A program made the position numbers and the translations under genes. From Rhodospirillaceae bacterium (GTDB lineage: Bacteria > Pseudomonadota > Alphaproteobacteria > TMED109), in NCBI GenBank assembly GCA_902527765.1, contig CABZPW010000001.1, positions 2,511-66,510 of the forward strand: a DNA stretch of 64,000 nt, read 5' to 3'. Below the pieces are notes generated by a model. That model saw only the letters and a list, made by a program, of their open reading frames with translations. It searched no databases and was not told the origin of the DNA. Of the stretch, positions 1-9,970 are shown piece by piece (positions within the stretch are counted from its first letter, which is position 1; every line of letters starts with the position of its first letter).

Positions 1-570
1 ACCAACAACATAACCTATAGGATATATTGCCCAACCTATAGTAACTATAAGTCTAAGTGCATTAAAGGCTCTTTGACTCGCTGCTGTTCCTTTACTAGCA
101 TTTATCTGACTAGCTTCTCCTGCAAATACTTCATATATGATGTAAAGCCATCCAAGCATTCCAACTACAAAACCAGCCCAAACATTTACAGACCCAACTT
201 CACCTAAATATCCTGCTACAAGCATAATTACTGAAGCAATCAATAATCTCCAAAATAATGATGATTTAACTACAGCTATTGCTGCTAGTATTAGATAAAA
301 CTCAACTATTTGTAGTGGCACTGTTAAAAGCCAATCTACATATCTAAACACTAACGGAGATTCTCCTGTACTTGCCCATACACCCCTCATATAGAAGTAG
401 TGTATTGCCGCGATACCGGTAACCATAGCAGCAACAGTTAAGGATGTTTTCCATTTACCTACGGCTCTGTCTCTTTCTACCCAAAAGAAAAAAGTAGCAG
501 CTACCATAGCAGCGGAAATAATCCAAAAACTCATTCCCGTGTAATCTGACGGATCTAATTGTCCATTCAT
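1..570 (-). CDS. Proteorhodopsin (DTE proton pump, Q105 blue-absorbing type), 3'-truncated by window edge
   Basis: Not in ORF track. Manual translation from ATG at 570: MNGQLDPSDYTGMSFWIISAAMVAATFFFWVERDR...AAIHYFYMRGVW...FRYVDWLLTVPLQIVEFYLIL...GWAIYPIGYVVG. SD-like AAGGGAGA upstream. Confidence 0.97.
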   Translation of the reverse strand, partial: MNGQLDPSDYTGMSFWIISAAMVAATFFFWVERDRAVGKWKTSLTVAAMVTGIAAIHYFYMRGVWASTGESPLVFRYVDWLLTVPLQIVEFYLILAAIAVVKSSLFWRLLIASVIMLVAGYLGEVGSVNVWAGFVVGMLGWLYIIYEVFAGEASQINASKGTAASQRAFNALRLIVTIGWAIYPIGYVVG

Positions 571-619
571 AATTTTCTCCCTTCAAAGGTTATTAAAATA
601 TACGTCTCATTAGTAAATA

Positions 620-1210
620 CTAATCCTTTATATTTTCGCAATAATCAGCTTTATTGTCAATATCTCTTAGTTTATGAGTAAATTCATAAGAAAGTTTCAT
701 TTTTTTTAAATTTATAATTAGATCAGATAAAGTATTCTTAGTGCTCCATCTAACATTATTAAAAGGATTGAGAGATTTTTTTTTAGTGGAGTGTCCTATT
801 AACCAAAAACCGCCATCATAGGTGGGGCCAATTACTATATCAGAAGTTTTAAGCTTTTTAAAAGCTATAGATATTGCAATTATATTTAAACTAGGAATAT
901 CAGTACCTACTATTATAGATGAACTATTTTGAATTTTTAGTAAATTCCACATTTTATGCCCTAAATTGCCTTTAGGTTGTAAAATAGTATCTTCACTTAT
1001 AGTAAAGGAATATGTTCTAAATTTTTGGCAAGGTAATAAGTACCATGAAAGACTATATTCTTTTTTTTTATGCAGAAAAATTTTATTAACTTTTTCGATA
1101 GCTTTGGTAACTAATCTTTTACTTTTTCTATAGCCTATCTCTTTAGATAATCTATTTTTAATTAATCCTTGAAAAGGTGCCTTGCTCATTATAAAAATCT
1201 TATTTTTCAT
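620..1210 (-). CDS. DUF2064/TIGR04282-type glycosyltransferase-like protein
   Basis: K-A-P..G.IK.RL N-terminus, QPKGNLGHKM, IVGTDIP, IGPTYDGGFWLIG, RWST, RDID motifs. Confidence 0.85.
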   Translation of the reverse strand: MKNKIFIMSKAPFQGLIKNRLSKEIGYRKSKRLVTKAIEKVNKIFLHKKKEYSLSWYLLPCQKFRTYSFTISEDTILQPKGNLGHKMWNLLKIQNSSSIIVGTDIPSLNIIAISIAFKKLKTSDIVIGPTYDGGFWLIGHSTKKKSLNPFNNVRWSTKNTLSDLIINLKKMKLSYEFTHKLRDIDNKADYCENIKD

Positions 1211-1842
1211 CTTAATAGAAAAAAAATTTGATTGAAAATATTTTTAAATGACTGAGTTAAAATTCCATTATTTTTATATTTATTAAATGAAGTTTCAACA
1301 TAAGATTTAAAAAAAAATTTATTTTTATTTGGTATTTTTAGCATTATTTCCATATCTTCCATCTTATCAATTTCTTGATATCCACCAATACTCTCATAAT
1401 AGAGTCTATTAATTAATAAACATTGGTCTCCAAAAGGCATATTAAAAACTTTCGATCTAAAGTTTGCCCATTTAGATATGAAATATGCAAAAATAGACGA
1501 ATTATTAAACTTTAAATGAAAAAAACCTACTTTATGAATATTTTCTTTATTAATAAAACGCTTAATTTCTTCAATATTTTCTATATGAAGCTTAGTATCT
1601 GCATGAATAAAAAAAAGCCACTCTTGCTTACTATGTTTAGCTCCTTTTTTAAGTTGAGTGCCTCTAGATGCTTTAGTTTTAATTATTTTTAAATTTTTTA
1701 AAAGTTTTCTAGTATTATCAGTTGATTTTCCATCTACGATAATTACTTCTTTAGGTTTTAGTAAATTTATATTTTCTGTTATTTTGTGTACATTTTTTTG
1801 CTCATTATATGTAGGAGTAATTAAAGAGATATCTAACTTCAA
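1207..1842 (-). CDS. GT2 glycosyltransferase, TIGR04283-type
   Basis: IPTYNE-like ITPTYNE, VDGKSTD, FFIHADT, PFGDQC, MEDME; 4-bp overlap with its TIGR04282-type partner. Confidence 0.85.
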   Translation of the reverse strand: MKLDISLITPTYNEQKNVHKITENINLLKPKEVIIVDGKSTDNTRKLLKNLKIIKTKASRGTQLKKGAKHSKQEWLFFIHADTKLHIENIEEIKRFINKENIHKVGFFHLKFNNSSIFAYFISKWANFRSKVFNMPFGDQCLLINRLYYESIGGYQEIDKMEDMEIMLKIPNKNKFFFKSYVETSFNKYKNNGILTQSFKNIFNQIFFLLR

Positions 1843-1844
1843 TT

Positions 1845-2693
1845 TTATGCTCCTATTAGGACAAATATGATACTTAAACTGAAATAACTATTATAAATAA
1901 AAGTTTTTTTACATTCATTAGGTTCATTTGTATTTGTCAAAAGTACTTTAATTAAAATTGAAAGACTTAGTGAAATAAATATTGTTATTATTAAAATAGA
2001 GTAATTAAGTAAAATTAAAGAAGATGTCCAAAAAGAAAAAGCAATAAAATAAATACTAAATAAAAATAATTTTGCGTTACTTTTAAATTTTATAGAAGTA
2101 GATTTAATCCCAATTATTTCATCATCTTTAATATCTTGGAAGCCATAAATAGTATCGTATCCAATCGTGAAGAAAATAGAACCTAAATAAAATAATATTA
2201 ATTCTAAGTTGAATAAATTGTTATCATAAACTGAAAAACCAACTAATAATCCCCAATTGAAACATATTCCTAACCATAGCTGTGGCCACCAAGTAAATCT
2301 CTTCATAAAAGGATAAATGATTATAATTGGTAATATACTTAAAGAAGTTATAATTGAATTTATTGGAATAAAATATAATGGTACTGAACCTATACAGCCA
2401 TTTATAAAACAAAAAATTATAATAGTTTTATTTGTAATTTTTTTAGAGGCTATAAGCCTTGACTTTGTTCTTTTTACTTTAATATCAAAATCTTTGTCAT
2501 TAAAATCGTTCCATAAGCAACCTAAGGCTCTCATGCCGCAGGCTCCTATAAAAAAAATAAAATATAGAAATATATCATTCGTTGTATTAGCATCATTTAA
2601 ATTAATTCCCCAGATGCAAGGAAAATATAGTAATAATATTCCGTGGGGTTTATCATATCGTGATGCTAAAAAAAATTTTTTTATTATAGACAT
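1845..2693 (-). CDS. ubiA: 4-hydroxybenzoate polyprenyltransferase
   Basis: RYDKPHG..LL, NDFNDKDFD..V.RTK.R, YPFMKRFT.WPQ, YDTIYGFQD..DD...G.KST. Confidence 0.93.
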   Translation of the reverse strand: MSIIKKFFLASRYDKPHGILLLYFPCIWGINLNDANTTNDIFLYFIFFIGACGMRALGCLWNDFNDKDFDIKVKRTKSRLIASKKITNKTIIIFCFINGCIGSVPLYFIPINSIITSLSILPIIIIYPFMKRFTWWPQLWLGICFNWGLLVGFSVYDNNLFNLELILFYLGSIFFTIGYDTIYGFQDIKDDEIIGIKSTSIKFKSNAKLFLFSIYFIAFSFWTSSLILLNYSILIITIFISLSLSILIKVLLTNTNEPNECKKTFIYNSYFSLSIIFVLIGA

Positions 2694-2699
2694 ATTTAT

Positions 2700-3419
2700 A
2701 TGAGCAGTAAGAATATACCAAGATTATTTATCAATAAAGAGTTAAAAGCTAGAATTAAGATCAAATTAAATAGTAATAATAAGCATTACTTAAAAAATGT
2801 TCTAAGATTGTCTGAAGGAAAAGTTGTAAATATTTTTAATGGAATAGATGGAGAATGGGAATCAGAAATTGATTTCAATATTGATCACTTAACTTGCAAA
2901 ATACAAATAAGAAAACAGACCAAAGAGTACGGTCCAAAATTATACTTTTCTTTAATAAAGAATCATAATATTAGATGGATGATTGAAAAAGTTACTGAGC
3001 TAGGTGTTGAACAAATAACTCCAATAGTTACGGATAGGACAAATAATAAAAATTTTAATGAAAAAAAAGCTTTATCTAATATTATAGAAGCATCTGAGGT
3101 ATCTGAAAGATTAACTCTACCAAGGCTACACAAAATAAGTACTTTATTAAATATTTTAAAGCAAACTCAACAAAACTCTGATATTCTATTTTTTTGTAAT
3201 GAGAATAGAGAGGATGATTATTTGCAAAATAATCTTACAAAAATAAATAAAAAAAAAATTTCTTTCTTAATCGGTCCAGAAGGAGGTTTTTCTGATAAAG
3301 AAGAGAAACTTATAAAAAGTTTTAGTCATGTTAAATCTGTAAAGCTTTTTGATAGAATTTTAAGAGCAGAGACTGCTGCGGTTTTAGCGATATCAATTAT
3401 AAATAGTTATATTGAGTAA
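2700..3419 (+). CDS. rsmE: 16S rRNA m3U1498 methyltransferase
   Basis: HYLKNVLRL, EKVTELGV, IGPEGGFS, RILRAETA. Confidence 0.95.
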   Translation: MSSKNIPRLFINKELKARIKIKLNSNNKHYLKNVLRLSEGKVVNIFNGIDGEWESEIDFNIDHLTCKIQIRKQTKEYGPKLYFSLIKNHNIRWMIEKVTELGVEQITPIVTDRTNNKNFNEKKALSNIIEASEVSERLTLPRLHKISTLLNILKQTQQNSDILFFCNENREDDYLQNNLTKINKKKISFLIGPEGGFSDKEEKLIKSFSHVKSVKLFDRILRAETAAVLAISIINSYIE

Positions 3420-3425
3420 ATATAA

Positions 3426-4787
3426 ATGAATTCAGAAAAGGCAATAGAGTCTAAAGAACAATTAGTAGAGTGGTTTAAATTAGGTAATAAAAACAAAAAG
3501 GACTGGAAGGTAGGTACAGAGCATGAAAAGTTTGCTTACAACTTCTCTGAACAAAAAAATATTTTTACCCCTGCTGATTATGAGAGTTTAAACGGAATAG
3601 GAAGCTTTTTAGATGAAATTTCAAAGTTTGGTTGGGAGAAAGTAATTGAAGAGGGTAAGGTAATTGGATTAAAAAAAGATAAGCAATCAATAACATTAGA
3701 ACCAGGAGGACAGATAGAATTATCAGGAGCTCCTTTAGAAGATATTCACCGTGCTTGTAAAGAAACTAATGAACATTTGAAGTTAGTAAAAGAGGCAGGT
3801 AAAAAACTTAATATTACGTTATTAGGACTAGGATTAAGACCACAAGACAATAAAGATGCTGTTCCATGGATGCCCAAACCAAGGTATAAAATCATGAAAA
3901 ATTATATGCCTACAAAAGGTAAGAAAGGCTTAGATATGATGTTAAATACCTGTACTGTTCAAGCTAATTTAGATTATTCAGATGAACAAGACATGCAAAT
4001 GAAAACCTTACTTTCGGTAAAAATCCAACCTATTGTAACTGCCTTATTTGCAAACTCTCCATTAAGTATGGGGAAACCAAATGGTTTTTTAAGTAAAAGA
4101 AGATATATATGGATGGATACTGACCCTGATAGATGTGGTGTTTTAAAAATAGCTTTTGACGAAGATTTTAGTTTTCTCAAATATATTAATTTTGCACTTT
4201 CAGTTCCAATGTATTTTGTAAAAAGAGAAGGTAAATATATTGATTGTTCAGGAAGTTCATTCAATGATTTTTTTAAAGGAGAATTAGTTCAATTACCTGG
4301 AGAAAAACCAACTATAAGCGACTGGGAGGATCATTTATCAACAATTTTTACTGAAGTGAGGATTAAACAGTTTATAGAGGTTCGGGGTGCTGATGCAGGT
4401 AGTTGGAGGAGAACCTGTGCTTTGCCTGCTTTTTGGGTAGGATTGCTTTATGATGATTCGGCTTTAAGTAAAGCCTTAGATTTATGTAAAAAGTGGAATT
4501 TTGAAATGGTAGAAAAACTATCATATGATGTTGCAAAAGATGGACTAAAAGCTAAAATTGATGGAATTATTGTAAATGAAGTAGCCTCACAATTAATAAA
4601 TTATTCTAAAGAAGGCTTAAATAGGAGAAATATTACTGACGGAAGTGGGCTTAACGAAACTCATTTCTTAAAAGTCTTAGAAGAAACAATATCTGAAAAA
4701 ATGACACCAGCTGAACAATTATTACTAGATTATAGTAATTCATGGAATGGCAATATTACGAGTTTAATAAAGGAAATGTCCTATTAA
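3426..4787 (+). CDS. gshA: Glutamate--cysteine ligase (plant/alphaproteobacterial type)
   Basis: VGTEHEKF, LEPGGQIELSGAP, MPKPRY, TCTVQANLD, EVRGAD. Confidence 0.95.
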   Translation: MNSEKAIESKEQLVEWFKLGNKNKKDWKVGTEHEKFAYNFSEQKNIFTPADYESLNGIGSFLDEISKFGWEKVIEEGKVIGLKKDKQSITLEPGGQIELSGAPLEDIHRACKETNEHLKLVKEAGKKLNITLLGLGLRPQDNKDAVPWMPKPRYKIMKNYMPTKGKKGLDMMLNTCTVQANLDYSDEQDMQMKTLLSVKIQPIVTALFANSPLSMGKPNGFLSKRRYIWMDTDPDRCGVLKIAFDEDFSFLKYINFALSVPMYFVKREGKYIDCSGSSFNDFFKGELVQLPGEKPTISDWEDHLSTIFTEVRIKQFIEVRGADAGSWRRTCALPAFWVGLLYDDSALSKALDLCKKWNFEMVEKLSYDVAKDGLKAKIDGIIVNEVASQLINYSKEGLNRRNITDGSGLNETHFLKVLEETISEKMTPAEQLLLDYSNSWNGNITSLIKEMSY

Positions 4788-4839
4788 GTTATAATATAAT
4801 TTAATAACTTAGTGTAAATTATAGAAATTAGATTATAAC

Positions 4840-6246
4840 CTAACTACTTACAGTACCACCAACAGTTAGTCCATTAATTTTTAATGTTGGTTGTCCTACT
4901 CCAACGGGAACTCCTTGCCCATTTTTTCCGCAGGTACCTATCCCTGGATCCATTTTTAAATCGTTCCCAACAAATTCAACTTTCTTTAAGACTTCAAAGC
5001 CTGACCCTATTAATGTGGCCCCTTTAATAGGAGAAGTAATTTTACCATCTTCAATCAAGTAAGCTTCACTTGCAGAAAATACAAATTTTCCATTAGTTAT
5101 ATCGACTTGACCTCCTCCAAAAGTTTTAGCAAATATTCCCTTTTTAGTACTTTTTATGATTTCTTGAGGGTCATGTTTACCATTTGCCATCATTGTGTTG
5201 CTCATTCTAGGCATAGGCTGATGGGCATATGATTGTCTTCTTCCGTTCCCTGTAGCTTTGGCTTTCATGAGCTTAGCATTCTGTCTGTCCTGCATATAAC
5301 TTACTAATTTTCCATTTTCTATTAATGTAGTTTTTTGTGAAGGCGTTCCTTCATCATCTATTGTGTAAGAACCTCTTCTGTCAGATATAGTTCCATCATC
5401 AAAAACAGTGACCTCCTTACTGGCAACAGAGGAGTTCATAAGTTCAGTAAATACACTAATTTTTTTTCTATTAAAATCACCTTCTAATCCATGACCTATT
5501 GCCTCATGTAATAAAATTCCTGGCCACCCAGGACCAAGTACAACAACCTGTTCTCCAGCTGGTGCAGGTATAGCCTGCAACATAATTTTTGCTTGTGATA
5601 CAGCTTTGTGAACTTCTTCTTTCCAATTTTGTTCAGAAAAAAAATCACTATAAGAATATCTGCCACCAAAACCTACAGATCCAGTTTCTTTTTTGCCTTT
5701 ATCTTCTAGTGTGACACTTATGTTTAATCTTACTAGTGGTCTAATATCTGATAGTTCTTGTCCTGAAGGTCTTAAAATATCTACTTTTTGCCATGATCCT
5801 GAAAGATTTACAGAAACTTGCTTCACCCTATTATCGTAATCTCTGGCATAACTATTGATATTCTCTAACAATTTAATTTTACTGCTAAAGTCTTTAACAT
5901 TTAAGGGGTTTTTATCAGTATATAATTTATTATTTGTTTTTTTAGGGTCAACTAAACTGCCACTATTGTGTCCAGATTTAACAGTCGATACTGTCCTAGA
6001 TGCTTCTTTTAAAGCATCTATTGAAAATTCACTTGAATGGGAATACCCTATTAAGTCTTCTTTAACTCCTCTCAGACCAAACCCTTTATTTTCATTGAAT
6101 GATGTATTTTTGAGAACACCATCATCAAAAAGAAAGCTTTCGGATACATTATCTTCAATATACAGTTCACCGTCGTCACAACCATACAAAGTATCTGTTA
6201 CTAAATTTTTAACTTTATCTGAACCAAATAATTCTATATTACTCAT
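4840..6246 (-). CDS. tldD: Metalloprotease TldD
   Basis: GILLHEAIGHGLEGDFNRK, GTCGKNGQGVPVGVGQPT. Confidence 0.96.
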   Translation of the reverse strand: MSNIELFGSDKVKNLVTDTLYGCDDGELYIEDNVSESFLFDDGVLKNTSFNENKGFGLRGVKEDLIGYSHSSEFSIDALKEASRTVSTVKSGHNSGSLVDPKKTNNKLYTDKNPLNVKDFSSKIKLLENINSYARDYDNRVKQVSVNLSGSWQKVDILRPSGQELSDIRPLVRLNISVTLEDKGKKETGSVGFGGRYSYSDFFSEQNWKEEVHKAVSQAKIMLQAIPAPAGEQVVVLGPGWPGILLHEAIGHGLEGDFNRKKISVFTELMNSSVASKEVTVFDDGTISDRRGSYTIDDEGTPSQKTTLIENGKLVSYMQDRQNAKLMKAKATGNGRRQSYAHQPMPRMSNTMMANGKHDPQEIIKSTKKGIFAKTFGGGQVDITNGKFVFSASEAYLIEDGKITSPIKGATLIGSGFEVLKKVEFVGNDLKMDPGIGTCGKNGQGVPVGVGQPTLKINGLTVGGTVSS

Positions 6247-6261
6247 ATTATTTATACTTTA

Positions 6262-6909
6262 TTACTTTCTAAAAAGATTATTATATTTAATAAAAGATTT
6301 TCTTTTTTCTAAATTAAGGGACCAATTTTTGATATTTTTCCTTTTTTCTGTGCCATCTATTTTTATCCACTTAGCAAAACTTAAAGTTACATAAGCATCA
6401 ATGTCAGCAATGCTAAATTTATTCCCTGCAACATATTTTGTGTTTTTAAGCACTTTATTAAGAAAATCGAAAAAAACTTCAGTTCTGGCTTTTCCTCTTT
6501 CAATTAATTGAGGTATTTGTGGTATTTTTCCTGGGCCAGCAAATGCTCTATCTTTAAAAGATTTTACTGAATTTCTAAATGCTTCTCCAGCAGCTTGCAT
6601 TCCATCAAATTCAATTTTTCTTCTAAACATTTCAATGGTTGCTTTTTCTATAGGACTTGAGCCAAATAAACTAGGAGAAGGTGACATGTGATCTAAGTAT
6701 TTACAAATAGCAATTGATTCTGAAATAACTTTATTTTTAACTACTAAAAAAGGTAAAGTTCCCCAAGGATTAAGTTTTAAATATTTAGGTTTTAAATTTT
6801 CATGCTTTGAAAGATCAACTATTTTTCTTTCTACGGTAATCTTTTTTTCATTAATAAATAAATTAACTCTCATAGGATTTGGAGCTCTTGGATAGTCATA
6901 TAATATCAT
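6262..6909 (-). CDS. Glutathione S-transferase family protein
   Basis: APNPMRV, LNPWGTLPFL, ISESIAICKYL, FSIADI. Confidence 0.92.
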   Translation of the reverse strand: MILYDYPRAPNPMRVNLFINEKKITVERKIVDLSKHENLKPKYLKLNPWGTLPFLVVKNKVISESIAICKYLDHMSPSPSLFGSSPIEKATIEMFRRKIEFDGMQAAGEAFRNSVKSFKDRAFAGPGKIPQIPQLIERGKARTEVFFDFLNKVLKNTKYVAGNKFSIADIDAYVTLSFAKWIKIDGTEKRKNIKNWSLNLEKRKSFIKYNNLFRK

Positions 6910-7997
6910 TTATTTGTGCCTGCTGTAATTTTTTTTACTTCTCTAAATAATTTTTTTAAGTCTTTTTCAGAGCCTATAGAAATTCTAAGACAATCACTTA
7001 ACTTATAATTATTTAATTTTCTTATAAATATGTTACTTTTTTCTAAAGAATCTGCAAGCTTTGATGCTTGCTTTGCACTTTTAAATTTTACCATAATAAA
7101 GTTTGCTACACTTGGAATAACTTCAAAGCCAAGGTCATTAAACTTATTAGTTAACCATTTTTTCCAATACAAATTATGAGCAATTGAATTTTTTAAAAAC
7201 TTCTTGTCATCTAAAAGATTGATTGCTGTTTCTTGTGCATAAGAATTAATATTAAAAGCAGGTCTAATCTTATTAAGAGTTTGTACTACTTGTTCAGGAC
7301 AATATGCCCAACCAAGGCGAAGTGCTGCCATACCAAAAATTTTAGAAAAAGTTTTTGTAACAATTATATCATTTCTTGTTTTTGCATAAGAAAGTGAGTC
7401 TGAATAATCCTTTTCTGAAACATATTCAGAGTAAGCAGAGTCAATTACTAATAAGCATTTTTTAGGTAACCCTTCTCTTAGTTTTTTTATCTCGCTTTTT
7501 GCTAAATAAGTACCTGTAGGGTTATTAGGATTAGCTATGAAACATACTCTAGTATTTTGATTGCTTTTTTTTATTAATTCATCAATATTTGCTTTAAAAT
7601 TCTCTTCTTTAGCAAAAACACATCTGCCTGATGCAGCATTAATGGCAATTGGATAAATTAAAAATCCATGTTTACTGTAAAGTCCTTGCAGATTTTTATT
7701 TAAATAACAATATGAGATTAAATAAAAAAGCTCGTCAGAACCATTCCCGAATATTATATTTTTTGAATTTACATTATATAATTTCGATATCTTTTTTTTT
7801 AATTTATTACATTGTGGATCTGGGTATTTAGCTAGATCTAAATGGGTTTTATTTATTTTATTGATAGTATTTTTGCTAAATTTAATAGGAGACTCATTTG
7901 AGGATAGTTTTGTTGGTTTAGTCTTTAATTTAATAATTCCAGATTTTCCTGGCACATAAGTCTTAATTTTAGATATATTTTTATTAGCAGGTATCAT
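6906..7997 (-). CDS. hisC: Histidinol-phosphate aminotransferase
   Basis: YVPGK, KLSSNESP, GNGSDE, ANPNNPTG, TFSKIFGMAALRLGW. Confidence 0.95.
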   Translation of the reverse strand: MIPANKNISKIKTYVPGKSGIIKLKTKPTKLSSNESPIKFSKNTINKINKTHLDLAKYPDPQCNKLKKKISKLYNVNSKNIIFGNGSDELFYLISYCYLNKNLQGLYSKHGFLIYPIAINAASGRCVFAKEENFKANIDELIKKSNQNTRVCFIANPNNPTGTYLAKSEIKKLREGLPKKCLLVIDSAYSEYVSEKDYSDSLSYAKTRNDIIVTKTFSKIFGMAALRLGWAYCPEQVVQTLNKIRPAFNINSYAQETAINLLDDKKFLKNSIAHNLYWKKWLTNKFNDLGFEVIPSVANFIMVKFKSAKQASKLADSLEKSNIFIRKLNNYKLSDCLRISIGSEKDLKKLFREVKKITAGTNK

Positions 7998-8000
7998 TTT

Positions 8001-8345
8001 TTATTTTAAACTATCAACTATTTTTTTTATTACTTCTATTGTACCGTTATTAAAGCCATGTATGATTGCATCAGATTGCGATTGCTCATCACTCAAATTT
8101 GACTTTTCAAATGCTACTTCTATTAACTTTATATTATTTTTATTAGCAAGGCCTATAATTTTTTTTAGTTTGAGGTTTTTTCTATTAAGAATAGTTTTGG
8201 AAATTAAAATAAAAGTTTTAAAATTTACAAGCTTAGAAGAAATATTTTTTTCTAAATCAAAAATAACAGAACCGGCATAATCTTTTAAAAAAGATTGAGA
8301 AACTTTTTTTTTTATAGTTTTTTCTGTAATCAGGGCTACTCTCAT
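8001..8345 (-). CDS. Hypothetical small alpha/beta protein
   Basis: 114-aa ORF tightly packed (4-bp overlap, 3-bp gap) between CoA-transferase and hisC on the same strand. Confidence 0.7.
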   Translation of the reverse strand: MRVALITEKTIKKKVSQSFLKDYAGSVIFDLEKNISSKLVNFKTFILISKTILNRKNLKLKKIIGLANKNNIKLIEVAFEKSNLSDEQSQSDAIIHGFNNGTIEVIKKIVDSLK

Positions 8346-9454
8346 AGAAATTTAATCATGTTATTGTCGGCTCCTAGAATAGGAGCAATATTTTTTTTTC
8401 TCATTTTCACAAGCTTTCTGTCTAAGGCTGTAGGAATAGCAAAAATTTCTTTTCCATTTATACTTATATTACTAGCAAAAAGTTTTTTATTTTTAATATG
8501 TTTGTCTTGCATAAACTCTTTTAGACTTTTTATTGTAGTACAACATACGTTATTTTCTTTATCAAATTTTTTTTTCCAAAAGCTCTCATTTTTTTCTATT
8601 ATAATTGATTGAACTTTTTTTATTAAAGTATTATGAGGAAGTTTTTCTAATACTACTTCTTTGGGAGCTTTAATAATCTCACAAAACTTTTTCCAAAACT
8701 TATCTTCCAGTGCACCTAAGGCTAAATACTTATTATCTTTAGTTTCATAAATATTATATCTAGCAATCTGACCATTTAAATATAATGGCTGACTTTCATC
8801 AAAACGTTTTGCACTTAGATTGCTAAAACCTAACCAAGCTAAGGGAATAAGATTCTCATACATTGAAATATCTAAGAATGATCCTTTATTTTGATTCTTA
8901 GCCTTAAATAAAGCTAATAGAATATTCATAAAAGCAGGATAGCTACCGCCTGCTATATCTGCAATTTGGGTGATAGGTAAAACAGGAGCCCCATCCTTGG
9001 CACCAGAAAACTTTAACAATCCACTTTCAGCTAAATAATTTAAATCATGACCTGCTTTATCTTTTTTTTCACCATCTTGTCCGTACCCTGTTATTGAACA
9101 ATAAACTAAATTTTTATTTAATTTTTTTACTTGTTTCCAGCCTAGTCCTAATTTTTCCATTACACCTGGTCTGAATTGTTCGATTACGACATCAGATTTT
9201 TTTATTAGTTTTTTTATCTTCTCTAAATAAACTGGGTTTTTTAAATTAACTTCTATAGACTTTTTTCCTCTATTAAGCATTGCAAATAAAATACTATTAT
9301 CAAAGATTTTTGGCTCGGATTTTCTCATTTCTTCGCCACCAATTTTTTCTATTTTAATGACCTCAGCTCCTGCATCACTCAGCATTAAAGTTGCTAAAGG
9401 CCCAGGTAATAATGTTGTAAAATCTAATATTCTTATGCCTGTAAGTGGTTTCAT
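8342..9454 (-). CDS. CaiB/BaiF family III CoA-transferase (AMACR-like)
   Basis: ILDFTTLLPGP, NRGKKSI, EQFRPGVM, SITGYGQ, GHDLNY. Confidence 0.93.
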   Translation of the reverse strand: MKPLTGIRILDFTTLLPGPLATLMLSDAGAEVIKIEKIGGEEMRKSEPKIFDNSILFAMLNRGKKSIEVNLKNPVYLEKIKKLIKKSDVVIEQFRPGVMEKLGLGWKQVKKLNKNLVYCSITGYGQDGEKKDKAGHDLNYLAESGLLKFSGAKDGAPVLPITQIADIAGGSYPAFMNILLALFKAKNQNKGSFLDISMYENLIPLAWLGFSNLSAKRFDESQPLYLNGQIARYNIYETKDNKYLALGALEDKFWKKFCEIIKAPKEVVLEKLPHNTLIKKVQSIIIEKNESFWKKKFDKENNVCCTTIKSLKEFMQDKHIKNKKLFASNISINGKEIFAIPTALDRKLVKMRKKNIAPILGADNNMIKFL

Positions 9455-9525
9455 ATTAATATCTTTATTTTATTTTTTAAAAACATATATAAAATATTAT
9501 AACTTATTTTAAAACTTAATAAATT

Positions 9526-9969
9526 ATGAATCTGATCATCTCCCTTTTTTTCATTATAAATCTATTTTTTGGTATTTGTAGAGCAGAGACCAATAAGTTT
9601 TTTGAGATAGATAAAAAAAACTTTATAGCTGTTAAAATTAAAAAAGATTTGAAAGGAAATATAGAAAGAGGAAAAAAAATCTTCATAAGTAGAAAAGTAA
9701 ACTGTTTGTCTTGTCATGAAGCTCCTATCATTGAAGAAAAGTTTCAAGGAAACTTTGGACCACCCCTAGGTGGAATAGGTTCTCGCTATAACAAAGAGGA
9801 ACTTCGTTTAAGGGTAATAGATTCAAAATCAATAAATCCTGACTCTATAATGCCTTCTTATTTTAAGAAAATTAAATTTGAAAGAACTCCAGGAGAGTTT
9901 TTAAATAGAACAATTCTCTCTGCGCAAGAGGTTGAAGATTTAGTAGAATACTTATATTCTTTAAAGTGA
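9526..9969 (+). CDS. soxX: Sulfur oxidation c-type cytochrome SoxX
   Basis: Signal peptide, NCLSCH, GNFGPPL, INPDSIMPSY, TILSAQEVEDLVEYL; precedes soxYZA. Confidence 0.92.
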   Translation: MNLIISLFFIINLFFGICRAETNKFFEIDKKNFIAVKIKKDLKGNIERGKKIFISRKVNCLSCHEAPIIEEKFQGNFGPPLGGIGSRYNKEELRLRVIDSKSINPDSIMPSYFKKIKFERTPGEFLNRTILSAQEVEDLVEYLYSLK

Positions 9970-9970
9970 T

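Noticed and set aside
1-1842. Glycosyltransferases making a carotenoid antenna for the adjacent rhodopsin
   Set aside because: By-eye alignment of helix E (WAGFVVGMLGW) puts Phe, not Gly, at the fenestration position equivalent to xanthorhodopsin G156, so antenna binding is unlikely.
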